Positions 26,299 to 40,068 of a DNA stretch of 64,000 nt are shown here, piece by piece. Each line of letters begins with the position of its first letter. The first letter of the stretch is position 1. The DNA comes from Sphagnum compactum (lineage: Eukaryota): contig OZ234493.1 of the NCBI GenBank assembly GCA_965153455.1, positions 372,001 through 436,000 of the forward strand, in the 5' to 3' direction. The translations under genes were made by a program, and so were the position numbers. The notes under the pieces are model-generated. The model saw only the letters and a program-made list of their open reading frames with translations. It did not search any database and was not told the DNA's origin.

Positions 26299-29200
26299 CA
26301 GGGTTCTACAGATCCGGGAATCCCGTACGGGATGCAAAAATGCCGAATTTCCCCGGACTGGCGCGCAGCGCCAGGAACGGGGTGCCCGGACAAATGAGCG
26401 AGGGCCGAAGGCCCGAGCTCCGGGATAAGCTCCGGGATAAGCTTGCTGCATTTTCCCGCCCAGTCCGGGTACCCCGGACGATTTTGAGGCACCTTCTTTG
26501 CTGTATTCGGGAAGTGCAACATGAGCTCTGAGGTTCCAGCTCCTACAGACTTGATTGCTTCCCCAGTCAAACCCCCCAGCCCCTCCAGCACCAATGCCCC
26601 CATTGAGGCTGTTGAGCTAGTTGAGCCCCTAGAACCCCCAACCAAAGTAGCACGTACAGCCTGGTGGAAGTCTAAACCCTTAGCAGATTAGCCCAAGCAG
26701 CATGCAGCACCAGTTCTGACTACAGCTGTTGCAAGCTCTCGCAACACATCTGCCACTGCCATTGCTCCTACAGCAGCTGCATCAGCTTCAGCACCAGCCT
26801 CAGGCTTAGCCCCTGCGTCAGCCCCTGCGTCCGTTCCTGCTTCAATTTCAAGAGCTGCTGTCAGTCGCAGGCCAGCATCTAATGCTGCTGCCAGTCTAAA
26901 TGGGGAGGCCAGCACCTCAGCTGCAGCAGCTTCTGCAGGCGCCAGCAACTTGCCTGTTGCTGATAGCCCTGCTGAGCCCAAGAGGCAGGGCAGGCCCCCA
27001 GTGACTGCTAAGCAGCTCAACAAGTTCCCCATTGATTATTCATGGTGGCAGTTCAAGAAGCAGCTCGAGAACGGCAGTGTGACTGGCTGCTGCACCCTCT
27101 GTCTCAAGTATCAGCTCGACAAATGTCAATTCAGCAGGTCGTGCGGGGCCGTTGTGTGGGATGGCAACGATCTTCTCACTCACACCACCTCTCTCACGCA
27201 CAAAGCAGCAGTCACAGCCAAGGCCAACCCTCTCAAGCGGGCGTTTGACGTCGTTCGCACCACAGGCATCGTTGCAGCCAAGACAGCTACACAGTGCCTG
27301 ATGGCCACAGCTCTAACATGCATCAAGGAGCAGCTTCCAATCAGCAAGTTTGCACCACTGCTGGCATTGGAGAAGTTTCTGGGCGTGGATCAGATCGCGC
27401 ACAAGTACAACCATAGCAGGTATGTTCATGATGTAGTGCTTGCACAGGGCATCCGAGGTTGGCAGGTATCCCTTGCTTTGAAAACTCATCTTTGCGACCG
27501 CGTAATGCATGCTGTAAAGATCATGAATAATAAAGCAGTTGTCCTGCCTGAGCATTGCACTTGCAGTCGTCAGCAATCAGTGCATTGTTGCCAACACATG
27601 CCCATCTCCTGTCCACTTCAGTCCGTGTATGATGTCCTCTCCCTTGACCTATCTACTATCTGCAGGTAGTTTTGGTCAGCGCTCTTCAGCTGTAGCGAGG
27701 TGCTGTTACAGAAGCAGGTCGAGCGGATCAAGGCCAGCTCCAGCTTTGCACTGTTCATTGACAGTAGCACAGACGTGTCCACGGAGGATCACCTGCTCAT
27801 CTACGTCAGATACCTGCATCCCGACACGCTTGTCGCTACAACTGAGTACCTGACCTGCGTGAAGCTGTTGGCCACTACAGCTGATGCCATCACAACCGTT
27901 CTGTTAGGGGTCACGACAGCATTGGGGTTGGACGTGCAGCGCATGGCAGGGTTCTGCAGCGATGGGGCAGCAACAATGGCGGGCGTGAAGTCGGGAGTAG
28001 CTGCACGGCTGAAGGCAGTCAACCCGCGCATTGTTGCGGTACGCTGTGTAGCGCACCGCACCGCGCTCGTCATGAGCGACACTGCAAAGAGCAGCCCGGA
28101 GCTACAGGCAGTGGACTCCGAGCTGTGACAGGTGCACAATCTCTTCAACCATAGCAACAAGCGACAGTCAGAGTGGGAGGCTTTTGCAAAGGGTTACGGC
28201 ATCACCCAGCTCAGATTCCCCATCTTCAACGCCACACGCTGGTTCAGCCGGCTGCAGTGTGTGGTGGTGCTGACCAACAACCTGGCGGAGCTCATCATTT
28301 TCTTGGGATGTGCCACCCGCAAGCGCAACTCCAAACAGCCTTGGCCGGCTGGGGCGGCAGCACTTGAGGAGCTGCGCGACGTGCAAGCAGCAGTGAAACT
28401 GAACTTGCTGCGAGACATCATGCTGCCGCTTGATGTCTTGAGCAAGAAGTTTCAGCACCCGTCATACCTGCTGCAGCACCATGTGCGCAAGGCGACACAG
28501 CAGGTGGCGGTGGAGCTGCAGACCAACTTCATTGAGGCGGAGCTGTTGTCAGGGCAGCACTATGACAACTTCAAGGTAAGCAAACGGCACATGAGGGTTC
28601 GTGTGGTGTCATGAAACTTGATGCAAGCAGTCATTGTGCAACTTGTCAATTACCCAACATAGTTTGACTTCTTGACCATACCTGTGACTTGCGCATGTTT
28701 TGCTGTGTTGCAGTACATATGACACCAAATCCTGTCGTCTCTAATGCTATGCATGCACCTGTTTCTGCTGTGTATTGCAGAACGCCAAGGCTTGCCCTGT
28801 ACTAATTCTGCTTGCCTATTTCTTGTGTGCTACAGGTGAACCTGGGCAAAGTTAGCAGTGCCATCCATTACTGCGATGGAGATGGCAAGTTCACTGAGAA
28901 GGTGGTGCTGACGGGGGAGCTGAACGAGCAAGATCTGGCCGACTTTGCGGCCTCAATGGTGCAGTCAATTGTGTCGGGGCTGGAGGATCGCTTTCCTGAG
29001 GGGGATCTGTTGGACAGCAGTGCGATCTTTGATGTTGCATCGTACAGGGGCAAGTCAGCAAAGGAGATTGCAGAGTATGGCGAGGATGAGTTCATGATGA
29101 TCCTCAAGCATTTCAGCCAGCCTGCGGATAAGCATAGGTGGTTTAATACCGAGTCTGTGGGCTGTGAGCAATGTTTCATTGCGCTTCAGCATGAGTTCAA

Positions 29201-30235
29201 GAAGATGAAGCGATGGTTGGCAGATTATGCAGTTGCGCCAGGGCTGAGCAATCAGGATGTGTGGGCCTGCATAAAGAAGGAGCATCGTTTGGAGCTGCCT
29301 CACATGTTGCCCTTTGCGGAGGCCATGTTCTCTGTGCCGGTTGAAACGGCGTGTGTTGAGCGTGGTTTCAGTGAGCACCGAGTGATCAAGCATCGGCTCA
29401 CCAATCGGCTACGTGTGGTCACGGTCGATTCAATGATGCGTGTGAGCATTCTGGTTGGCAGTGTCGAGTCCTTTGATTATGCTGCAGCCAAGGAGTTTCA
29501 CAGCAGGCCTGTTGGCGAGCTTCTGGTCAGCAAGTTGTTCGCAGCAATGAGCAAGGAGCTCGCCAATCAGGTGCCTAGCTTTGATGATGGGCTGGAAGAT
29601 GATGGGTTTGATGAGGAGGGCAGTGTGTGCTCATCATCGGATGAGTCTAAGTGCTGGGGAGATGCTGAGATGGTAGGTGTGCAGAGGAAGGAGCTGGATT
29701 TTTTGGCCAAGGAGGTAGAGAAGCCAGTGGAGCAGTTGTCAAATGTGTCTCAGTTGCTGAAAAATTTGCATGCCAAGTAGGTGTCTTGGTGATGCACAGC
29801 ACCTTGTGACATTGACCATTGGACATTGACTTTGAGTGTGATGAAAGCTGGGCTGTGACTGACCATCCTTGGTATGCACACATGCATTTCCAGATGTCTT
29901 CAAGCAGTGTGCTGTTGAATAAATGACTTCTTGATGCAATGCAGCTTTGTGTTCTGGATGTGGTGAGTGTGATCTGGCAATGTCAAGCTGACAGTACTGC
30001 AACAATGAAGGCTTAGATCCCCATTCTGTATGAATCATTGTGCTCCACGCGTCATAGCAGAGTGCGATGCACACAAATTTTTTTTTGCATGCACCCGGAC
30101 AAGATTTGGCCCGTTTCCGGGGGACCCGGACAGAAAAGCCCCAAGAAGGCCCACTTTGTCCGGAGGGACTCCGGAACCCTTTCTTGACAAGCTTCGGAAA
30201 TCCCTGAACCAAATCTCAGAACCTGAAGAACCCTG
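26299..30235 (+). mobile_element. Full-length hAT DNA transposon, 3937 bp
   Basis: Perfect 8-bp TSD GTAGAGAG at 26291-26298 and 30236-30243; TIRs CAGGGTTCT...AGAACCCTG, imperfect further in; CCGGG/CCGGA-rich subterminal regions; internal transposase. Confidence 0.96.
26521..29780 (+). pseudogene. ZNF862-like hAT transposase, 3 exons (26521-27419, 27666-28575, 28836-29780), 917 codons before the terminal stop, with three in-frame stops
   Basis: Introns are AG|GTATGT...CTGCAG and AAG|GTAAGC...CTACAG, and both keep the frame. Motifs: TTF-type zinc finger (CTLC...HTTSLTH), FALFIDSSTD, FCSDGA, CVAH, TRW and CVERGFS. Stops at 26689 (TAG), 27667 (TAG) and 28126 (TGA). Confidence 0.92.
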
Positions 30236-31004
30236 GTAGAGAGGCTTCGTCGAGGTTGCGATTTGGGGAAGGTTGAGGTTGAAGAGCACTTGCTTCTTGT
30301 TTGTCCAAATACACAGAAAGTTAGGGAACGCTTTTGTTCGACCTTGCCCTTCACCCACACTAGCACTTTTGCTGAGCTCATGCAGACTACGAACATGGTC
30401 GCCCTGGCCAAGTTTGTGGCATGCTGCCAGTACCATAAGACAATCTGTCCTCCATGATCTACCTTTCGTCTAATGGACTCTCTGGTCCCAAACATACGTA
30501 AAATTGTAAACAGTAAACACTCTGCAACTTCTAATTTGAAAAGGAAAGAGCCTTCCACTTTTCTAAGGCGGTAAGGAACATTTTTTTCCAGCTATTCCTT
30601 AGTTTTGGCCCCCAAGCTTAGGCTATCACCCTGGAGAGCTTGGCCCTCAAACACACCAAGAGCTCCACCTTGTTTTCCCAGCATTTCTTTATATTTTAAA
30701 CATTTCTGTATGTTTAACATCATCATCATGACATGTAGTGCAACCTATTAGAGAAAAGAGAGGAGAGCTTTTAAAGCTACATGAAAATGAATGAGTGGAA
30801 AGGATTGACAGTGGTGGGGAGGACATACATAAATTGACTAAAGAAATTGAAAATAAAAAGATAAAAGGAAAAAGAAAGCCTCTCCCTTCCATGTCTTTCA
30901 GTGCCCAGCACTTCAGGTACCACCTTCATGTTTAGGCACCTCAAAACATGGAAGGGCCTCTAAGGCTACTCTTCTCATATGCTTTCCAATTTACAACCTT
31001 TTTT

Positions 31005-31300
31005 TAACTGGCGAAATTTGGCCAAAAAAGAAAAAATGATTTTGGAGGTTTTCAGTCACCCAAAGTTAGGGGGGAAAAAAATCACCAGATTTCTATAGTT
31101 GGCTTTCAGTCTGTAGCCAAAAATATAGAAGGATGATTAAAGATTTGTACTTCATATCTGGTTTATAGCCAAATTTGGCTAAATCTGACTGGGGATGATC
31201 ACCACTTTTTTACTTCTTCCTATCAGTCTTTGTCTTGCTGACTATATCTAGCCAAAAAGAGAAATTAAAAATTAAAATGCTAAAATCATCTGTTTAGGGT
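31005..31300. repeat. Dispersed repeat family member (AGCCAAATTTGGCT / GATGATCACCAC core); related copies at ~48110-48360, 54515-54685, 61420-61690 and a fragment at 35030-35095
   Basis: The core (GTGGATCATCC..AGGTGGAAT.AGCCAAATTT.GC) recurs in either orientation at these sites. Confidence 0.65.
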
Positions 31301-33013
31301 TTAGAAGAAGGACTGCATCATGATGATGACCCACAGACAGTGCTATAGCTAATTTGACTCTTACACAGTTTGCAGCTGAGCTTCATCTGTTGTTTCCTTT
31401 CTTTCTTCTGGCAAGGAGTGGACTGCCAGTTTTCACAGTTCTCATGCTGCTCTTGACGTTGCAGTTCTCATCATGCACTGCTCTTGTAACTTATGTTTTT
31501 CATAAATGCTAGTCTACTTCAGCTTGTACCTGCAGCTCCACTTCAATCATCATTCCAAACTCAAAACTCTAGACTTTCTCGAGGAGCTGATCCAAAACAC
31601 TTCAACTTCTAGATTCCACAGTACTAGTCCATCATTGTAGCAGCATCAAACCCATTTTGATATTCTTCAACTTTGCACAATAACAGTCATGGCTGCATTG
31701 ACCTACACTGAACTTGCTAGTCATGCCTCAGTCTCGAGTTCAATTTCTGGGTACGACCAATTTGTATTGGGTTGTTGTTGCAATAGCACTCAGTCTTGTA
31801 GGCTTTTTGATGTCATGTCTCACAGTTCTAAGCAACTGACATCCAGCACACTCTCCAGGTGATTACAATCCAAAATCTTTGTCTTAATTTTCAGAGGAGA
31901 ATGTAATACATGTTTGTGGGATCATTTGCATAATGATTTTTCTTTACTGTGGAACTTGGGTTGAATCATAAGTCAATTTTGCTCCTTTGTGGCTCAGCTT
32001 GCAAAATTTCACTCTTGTATGAAATATAACAAATTTGCTGCACTCTGCATGGAACAAAATGCCACTACTGGATTGAGACATGTAGAGAAAGGCATAGACT
32101 TAGCTTCTTGATGCTGCATCACACATAACCTTAAATGTTGAATATCCCTGGCTAGAACATCGTCACATGAGAAAGTATTGTTGAGAGTACCATGAAAACG
32201 CAATAGAAAACAGACAACCAAGCATAATAACATTGGCATTGTGTGAAGAACCAAATCTCTTCACCCAGGGAGAAGATCTTGCCATGGCCAACAAACAATT
32301 AAGATTGGACTGGATTCTTGGTGACGGAAGTGCATGAGGTGATTCTTTCCGCCAAAGACATTTCCAAGTGCAAGACTGTCAAGAATGAGCAGCAGAATTT
32401 TTGTAAACATATGAGCTTGCCATGAAAGATACAATCTTGGATTATGTGCTACAAAAATCTACAACATCAGCATGACCCAAAGAGAGTTTATTGAAGAGAT
32501 TTGAACATCAGAAAACTATATGCCGTATTCATTTGGGCTCAAACTAAATATGCACACTTAGATTTGAAGGTTTGAGTAAGATAAGACATTAATGAATCAT
32601 TAAACACATGATATCAAGAAATTTTGCTACTCATGTGCTAGTCAATTGATGACCAGATGTGCCTGTCAAAACACGCAACTTTGCCATGTAGAATTCTCAA
32701 TCAATAACCAGATCTGCCTGTCAAACACAATAATCTAGAACTGTACAAATCTCAATCTCAACTCTCAACACCACAGCAACGATTGAAAACACTGTACTGG
32801 TTTATCATAGCATGCAGCAGTCAAGTGAAATTGAAATAAAAGCACTCGCATACATAACAGGAAATGCAAAGCATTTTATTGATACGTGTCAGTCAATGAA
32901 CATTGCTTTCAATGAACCACTAGACAGACCTTGTATCTTTCTCTGCTTTCTGGGCACACTGTTGCACAAATCCTCTGCTGCACACATTGTGTAAATTCTG
33001 CTCAATTCCACAT

Positions 33014-34522
<1,509 letters not shown>

Positions 34523-34812
34523 TCACACTACTGCGAGCAATATAGAGAACGAGAGAGAGAACTCCAGAGACGCGAAGCTAGAGCGAGAAGAACAATGGAG
34601 TCGAAACGGAGAGGTGCACGAGCTTTATGCAGCAAAGCCGCAACTGCCCCCATCTGCCCGTCTGCCCGAAACAGCATCCACAGCAAACCGTGTTGACGAA
34701 AACCCGACCGCCCGCCTGCCCGTCCATCGGCCACCGACCCATGCCGCGTAACACGACGGTCGTTGTACTGGTTAAGGGGCCGGCTGGGTCCCGCCGGGTG
34801 ACCCAGTGGATC

Positions 34813-34824
34813 CAGAACGTTCTG
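34813..34824. promoter_or_regulatory. Palindromic heat-shock-element-like core (nGAAnnTTCn) in the GC-rich polyubiquitin promoter
   Basis: CAGAACGTTCTG lies about 430 bp upstream of the ATG. It has only two canonical pentamers. Polyubiquitin genes are commonly heat-inducible. Confidence 0.45.
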
Positions 34825-35089
34825 AAGCGTTTGGAACCCGGTCATTCAGCCGTTTTGGCCACTACAATTATGACCAGGTGTAGGTAGCTTACCTACCTAC
34901 TTGGTTCGAACTTGGCTATTTGGGGAGAGAAAGAAAGAAAGAAAGCGCAGAGTTAGCCTCAGGGACAGGAACTGGGCCAGGGATCGATTCTCGTGGCGGA
35001 ATGCTAAGTTACGTGCCAAGTTTCTTTTCTCAATTTTGTGATGTCGAAAATTGGCCAATTTTTCATAAATAGCAAAATGAGTAGAACTT

Positions 35090-35430
35090 ACACTAGAACA
35101 AGGGGTGTTTTCACCCTGTGGCCTTGCCAATTACATTAAAAGGTATCTTAAAGAAAAAGAAGAATTATAAAAACTCAAATATTTCACCATGCACAAATAT
35201 AGTCTTCGAAAAATCCTCTAAAAAGAAACCAAAATACTTCAAGATATTATAACACTATAACTAATCTCAAGCTTCAACGCAAGCCAAAATATCATCTTTT
35301 AAAAATCCTCAAATAAAAATAGACCTATTATTACTTAGGGGCCTATAAAAATCCCTTAAGCTACTATACTCTATAATGAATCTAAACATAATATGCTTGC
35401 CTTGGTAGGCAAGGCCAAGAAAGGCACAAT
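35090..35430 (-). repeat. Dispersed repeat, inverted homolog of 12490-12850
   Basis: Collinear reverse-complement matches to 12490-12850. Confidence 0.85.
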
Positions 35431-38400
35431 GTAATGTGCTACAAGCCTGTCTGGAAATAGATATATCATATGTATATAAGATACTAAATACATAACATGT
35501 TATATACAATTTTTTTACTTAAATATTATTTTATTGTGGGCCTCAATTGATAAAAATGTAAAACATAATATTCATCCGTGAAAATATATATTTTTTGATC
35601 CGATAGTTTTATCATATAAGATCATTTATATATAATATATGAAAATATTTATATATAATATATAATATTAATTAAAATATTTGTGAATAAAATGAATATA
35701 ATATAAAAAGTTATTTATAATTTATAATAATTTATTCATTTCTTTAAGTATTTATATTCTCAAATTAATTTATATTTTATAGTTATATAATCAAATTCAT
35801 ATTATAGTATAAAATTAAAGTGTGTGTATTTAATATACCATATTTAGATGTATTTTATTAATTAAATACACTATGTAACATTGAATGTTAAAAACAACGT
35901 TATTATATGTTCATACATCATGTTTTATGAACTATTTTTATTAAATTTCATAATTAAAATGTATTATGTAATACAAAACAAATTCATATTTTTAACATTT
36001 CTTTCATTTGGACAAAGTATGAAAAAGATAATGATGGTTAAAGGAAAAAAATGTCTTGTTGAAATGTATTGAAATGCAAGATTTACATGCAATTTTTTTC
36101 AATTCAAGTATTGTTTTAGTTATTTCATAATTTTTGTGTGTAAATTTTGGAAAAAAATTCAGAATGAAGTTTAAATCATTTCATTTGGACATAATATGAG
36201 AAATATATTACTAATTAAAATTGGCTTTTGGAAAAGTTTTAGTTGCATCTCAATTTAAAATTAAAGTGCAAGTAAAAGGTTTAGCCCATATGTTTTGTCT
36301 TTGAATCTCATCTCACAAGCTATATAAAAAACATGTTTTACCTTGATTACTCACCCATAAATGCATATACCAATTTGTGATGGGTGAAGAAACATTTGGC
36401 CTTAATATTATATTATTCTTTATATTATTCGTATTTTTTGGAAAACTATTATTTCCTCCTATTAAATAGGAAAGAGACTTATTCATTTAATGTGAATCGT
36501 TCATAGGTTCACCCAAATATCTATGGATTCTATCGTAGATCGATTTATTGCCATTGCTAATCCTACTCCATAAATCTATGAAAATTTTGAAAAATAGATA
36601 AACCTTTCCATAATTTCTAGAAATGCAGTTATCAATTAAAAATTAGAACAATTTTAAGGACCTTCAAATACCACTAAGTTGATTATAGGACGAATCACAT
36701 TTTTACCACTAAACTATACCCGCGATAAAGAAGTACATGAAAAGAAGAACATGAAAAGAAGTACACAACATTGTGTAGTAGTTTCCAACAAGGAAGAAAA
36801 GTACATGATGTGCAACAACTTCCAACAAAGAAAAGAAGAAGATTGTGGTGAACATCAACTCAAACTAAAAAGAAAAAAACATGGCTTGAAGATTAGGAAG
36901 GACAAAGAAGGAAAAGAACAAGGTGAGCTTCACATTTGACTAGGAAGGGGAAAAATAAGGTGAACATTAAGAAGAAGGTCAACTTGAAGATGACCATCTT
37001 TAAACCTTGGAAGAAACCCATTACAAACAATGTAAGTAACCTTGCAAACTTCTAGCTTGAGCTTGGGTGTAAGAGCACCAACACGTACAACATGAGTAGG
37101 AGGAGGATCAGGGGGCAAGAATTGTTCAACAAGGAACTTTGTCAAACTAGAAAAAGAAAAACATGGTGAGCACCAACATCAAGCGCCTAGCCCCTACCAG
37201 CTAGAAATGTTGTTAAAGCTTGCACTTGAAAATGGGTGTTGAAGCTTAATGAGAAGTGTTCAAACCAATTGTTTGTATAAGCAAAAGTGATTGCTTAAAC
37301 TCAACAACGCAAAGAAGAGTCACAATGACCATGAATAACTAATTGCTTGCACATGTAAGCTTACACCAACATGAAAGAGATGGTGACACCTCCCAACTTC
37401 CTCCTATGTTTGAAATTTTAGGGGTTTTCAAGCTAGTACACACCCATCACCATAGATTTACAACCCCATTTTCTTACTAAAACCTAAGCCATAAATTTGT
37501 TGATGAATGGTAATGTTAAGAAAACGAGAAGATTTTAATTGCACTTGAAGATCACATGATAGGTTATGTGCACTAAAGAGTTTTGAACAATTTTTTTGTA
37601 GGAGGAGAAATAGTTACTTTTAGGATGTAGATTGTTGGTTCAAAGATCACAAGTTGTATGGGCAAATGTTTTTTAAAAACATTGACCCCCCTCACTTTGA
37701 CAAGGCATATCTTGCTCATTTTCAAACTAAATCATGTACAATTTTTGCGTCATTGGAAGTGTTAGGTGGAGGGCTACAATTATTTTTTGAACTTAAAAAT
37801 TAAATTCAAATGTATGGGGATTTGACCTCCTTATAGCCACTAATTGTTCATTGATAGGCATAGTTACCCTAGTTTTTAATTTGAACTATCAAGAAATTAC
37901 TTCTAGGGAAATAACACTTGGCTCTAGCTTTAAAAAGTGGAAACAACCTAAGGTGTACCATAGGAAGTGATTAGGTGGCATTGCCCACACATATTTCATA
38001 ACAACTAAAGTCCAAGGATTTGTTTTCTTTGCAATATGCAAAAGTCATTCCACTACAATGGTGAAGGAGACTTCAAATTTAGGTACCCCTAGGAAAGTTC
38101 CTCCTTTGATTGCAAACACCACACTATCCATTTTGTAATAAATTGGTGTGAATAGTGAGGAAGCATGAAAATTTGATGTTACACAAAAGTTTCGCAACCA
38201 TCTTTGATGTAATAAGAGAGAGGAAAGACTGTGTTATAGCTTGTCACTAATAAGGTAAGCAAACATGGTGTTTTAGAGGATTTGAATGGGAGGTTAAATG
38301 CCACTAGCCAAAACCTTCAATGATTAATTTTTATTCCAGACAGTGGTATGGGAGACAACAACATAGATAAGGAAAATTTAATCAAAACCTTAACATGGTT

Positions 38401-39335
38401 GTTAGGAATAATAAAGTTTTCAATCCAGTGTGAAAGGATTCTATAGCAAGTCCTATCATCTTTGGGGGTTTGAGAAACAAGCAAAATTTGGGCAAAAGGA
38501 AAAGAACTCAAGTAAAATTTCCCAAATATTAAGTAGTCTTTTTGAATTTTCAAAGTTAGCCATCTTGTACTGTTAGGACAACAAAATGTAATTACATTAT
38601 GATTAGCTAACTTTAGTTTATTGACAAATGAAATAACTAACACATGAAAGGTGTGTAGACCATGTGTCATTGAAAGACTGAAATAGTGATTTAATACATT
38701 TTTTTTCCCCTAGATTCCAACAATATCTTGATATTTTACAAATCAACTCATGCAAACACATCTAGAGTGCAAAATATCTATTTCATCTAGCATGCATGAA
38801 CATACATTTGTTGGTTACTAAACACATATAATGAAAAAACAATGCAAAGATAAATACTCAAACAATCTATTAAGTAATAAAGCATTCGCAAACCCAAAAT
38901 TCTAGGAATCCATTAATATCCAATAGTAATTCAAAGTTTGATGACATCTAAGTTACTATTTTAATGCCTAATGAAGATATATTTGTCAAGTCTTACAATG
39001 TTTATCAATTGAACATGGATGGAAAGGTTTATACTTGTTAGCACATTTTTTTGGAGGAATAGTTCCTAAAATGGACATCATTTGCCTCCAATAACACAAA
39101 CTTCCCAATGAAAATGTGATAAATGTAAGAAATTAGATTTAGGGCAAGAACACAATAGTGGATTTCAAAGGCAAAGGAAAGACATATTTGAGCAAAGATA
39201 AGATAAGGAAAGCAAGGACTTGCATTTTTATGGATCCCAAGTGGGCAAAGTTTATCAAAGATTATTGGAACTTAGAAAGTAACGAAGTGTAGTTGTTTAA
39301 AATGAAGGGGTTGCCTTATGGTGACACAGGCATTA

Positions 39336-40068
39336 CATCACAAATTTAGCATGTGATGAATTAATAATGAAAATTGTGTGAAATTCGTTCATTCATAGGT
39401 TTGTACATTTTATAATCACACTAACAAGAGCCACAACAAGTGGAACACATGTTTAATTTTTCACGTTTAAATGATAATTTAATTTGATGTTGAAAGTATA
39501 AGATTCTTATATATAATAAGGTTCATAATATATCACTGGAACATGTGAATTAATTTGAAAAAGATTCGATGAACAAATGTTTTTAAAAATCACTCATTAA
39601 TGAATCATTGTAATGCATGTTTTTTGGCACTAAAAAGACTTATAAAAAGACTTAATTTTTTTGAAAATTACATTTATTTTGAAATATTTTACATAAACCT
39701 TTAATAATATAAAAATTAAAAAAAAAGATTTTTGAATTTTTTTTGAAGATTTGAAAAAATATATATTCTAAGGAATATTTTTCCAAAAACAATTCTAAAA
39801 GCAGGTAGGTGCGGCTTATGTTATTTCATTTGCACTCATGAATAACATGGGTTGATACCATGTTTGACACATGAATAAATGTGTTGATAGATGAAGTATG
39901 CATTTATAAACGAACAAACGTCACATGAATTTTGTGTCTTTTTATAAATCCATGTGTCAAATGTGTTTTCAATGCATGAAATTAGTGGGTGAAATGTATG
40001 AATTATCAATGAATGAATTTTGCATGATTTCCAAATTTATTAAGTTGTGAAATGTTGAGTTTATGATG
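39336..40068. mobile_element. Old Tc1/mariner-type MITE nested in the L1 endonuclease region
   Basis: TA|CATCACAAATTTAGCAT ... ATGTTGAGTTTATGATG|TA: degenerate TIRs with TA on both sides and an AT-rich interior. L1 coding resumes immediately after. Confidence 0.65.

Larger units (their letters stand above)
25640..30520 (+). mobile_element. 5'-truncated LINE 3' fragment (RTEX/CR1-like C-terminus) split by the hAT insertion; LINE parts are ~25640-26298 and 30244-30520
   Basis: Removing the hAT and one TSD copy restores the in-frame ...LRKALARF*CGNTQLEVVLGAWKGVPYVERLRRGCDLGKVEVEEHLLLVCP..., a degenerate CCHC knuckle typical of LINE ORF2 ends. It is followed by a GTAAA-like repeat tail near 30497-30518. 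Clade assignment is tentative. Confidence 0.8.

Noticed and set aside
26689-28128. Stop-codon readthrough, alternative genetic code or reverse RNA editing in the transposase
   Set aside because: The stops are a mix of TAG and TGA, the gene also terminates at TAG, and U-to-C editing is organellar. Ordinary nonsense mutation is the simpler explanation.
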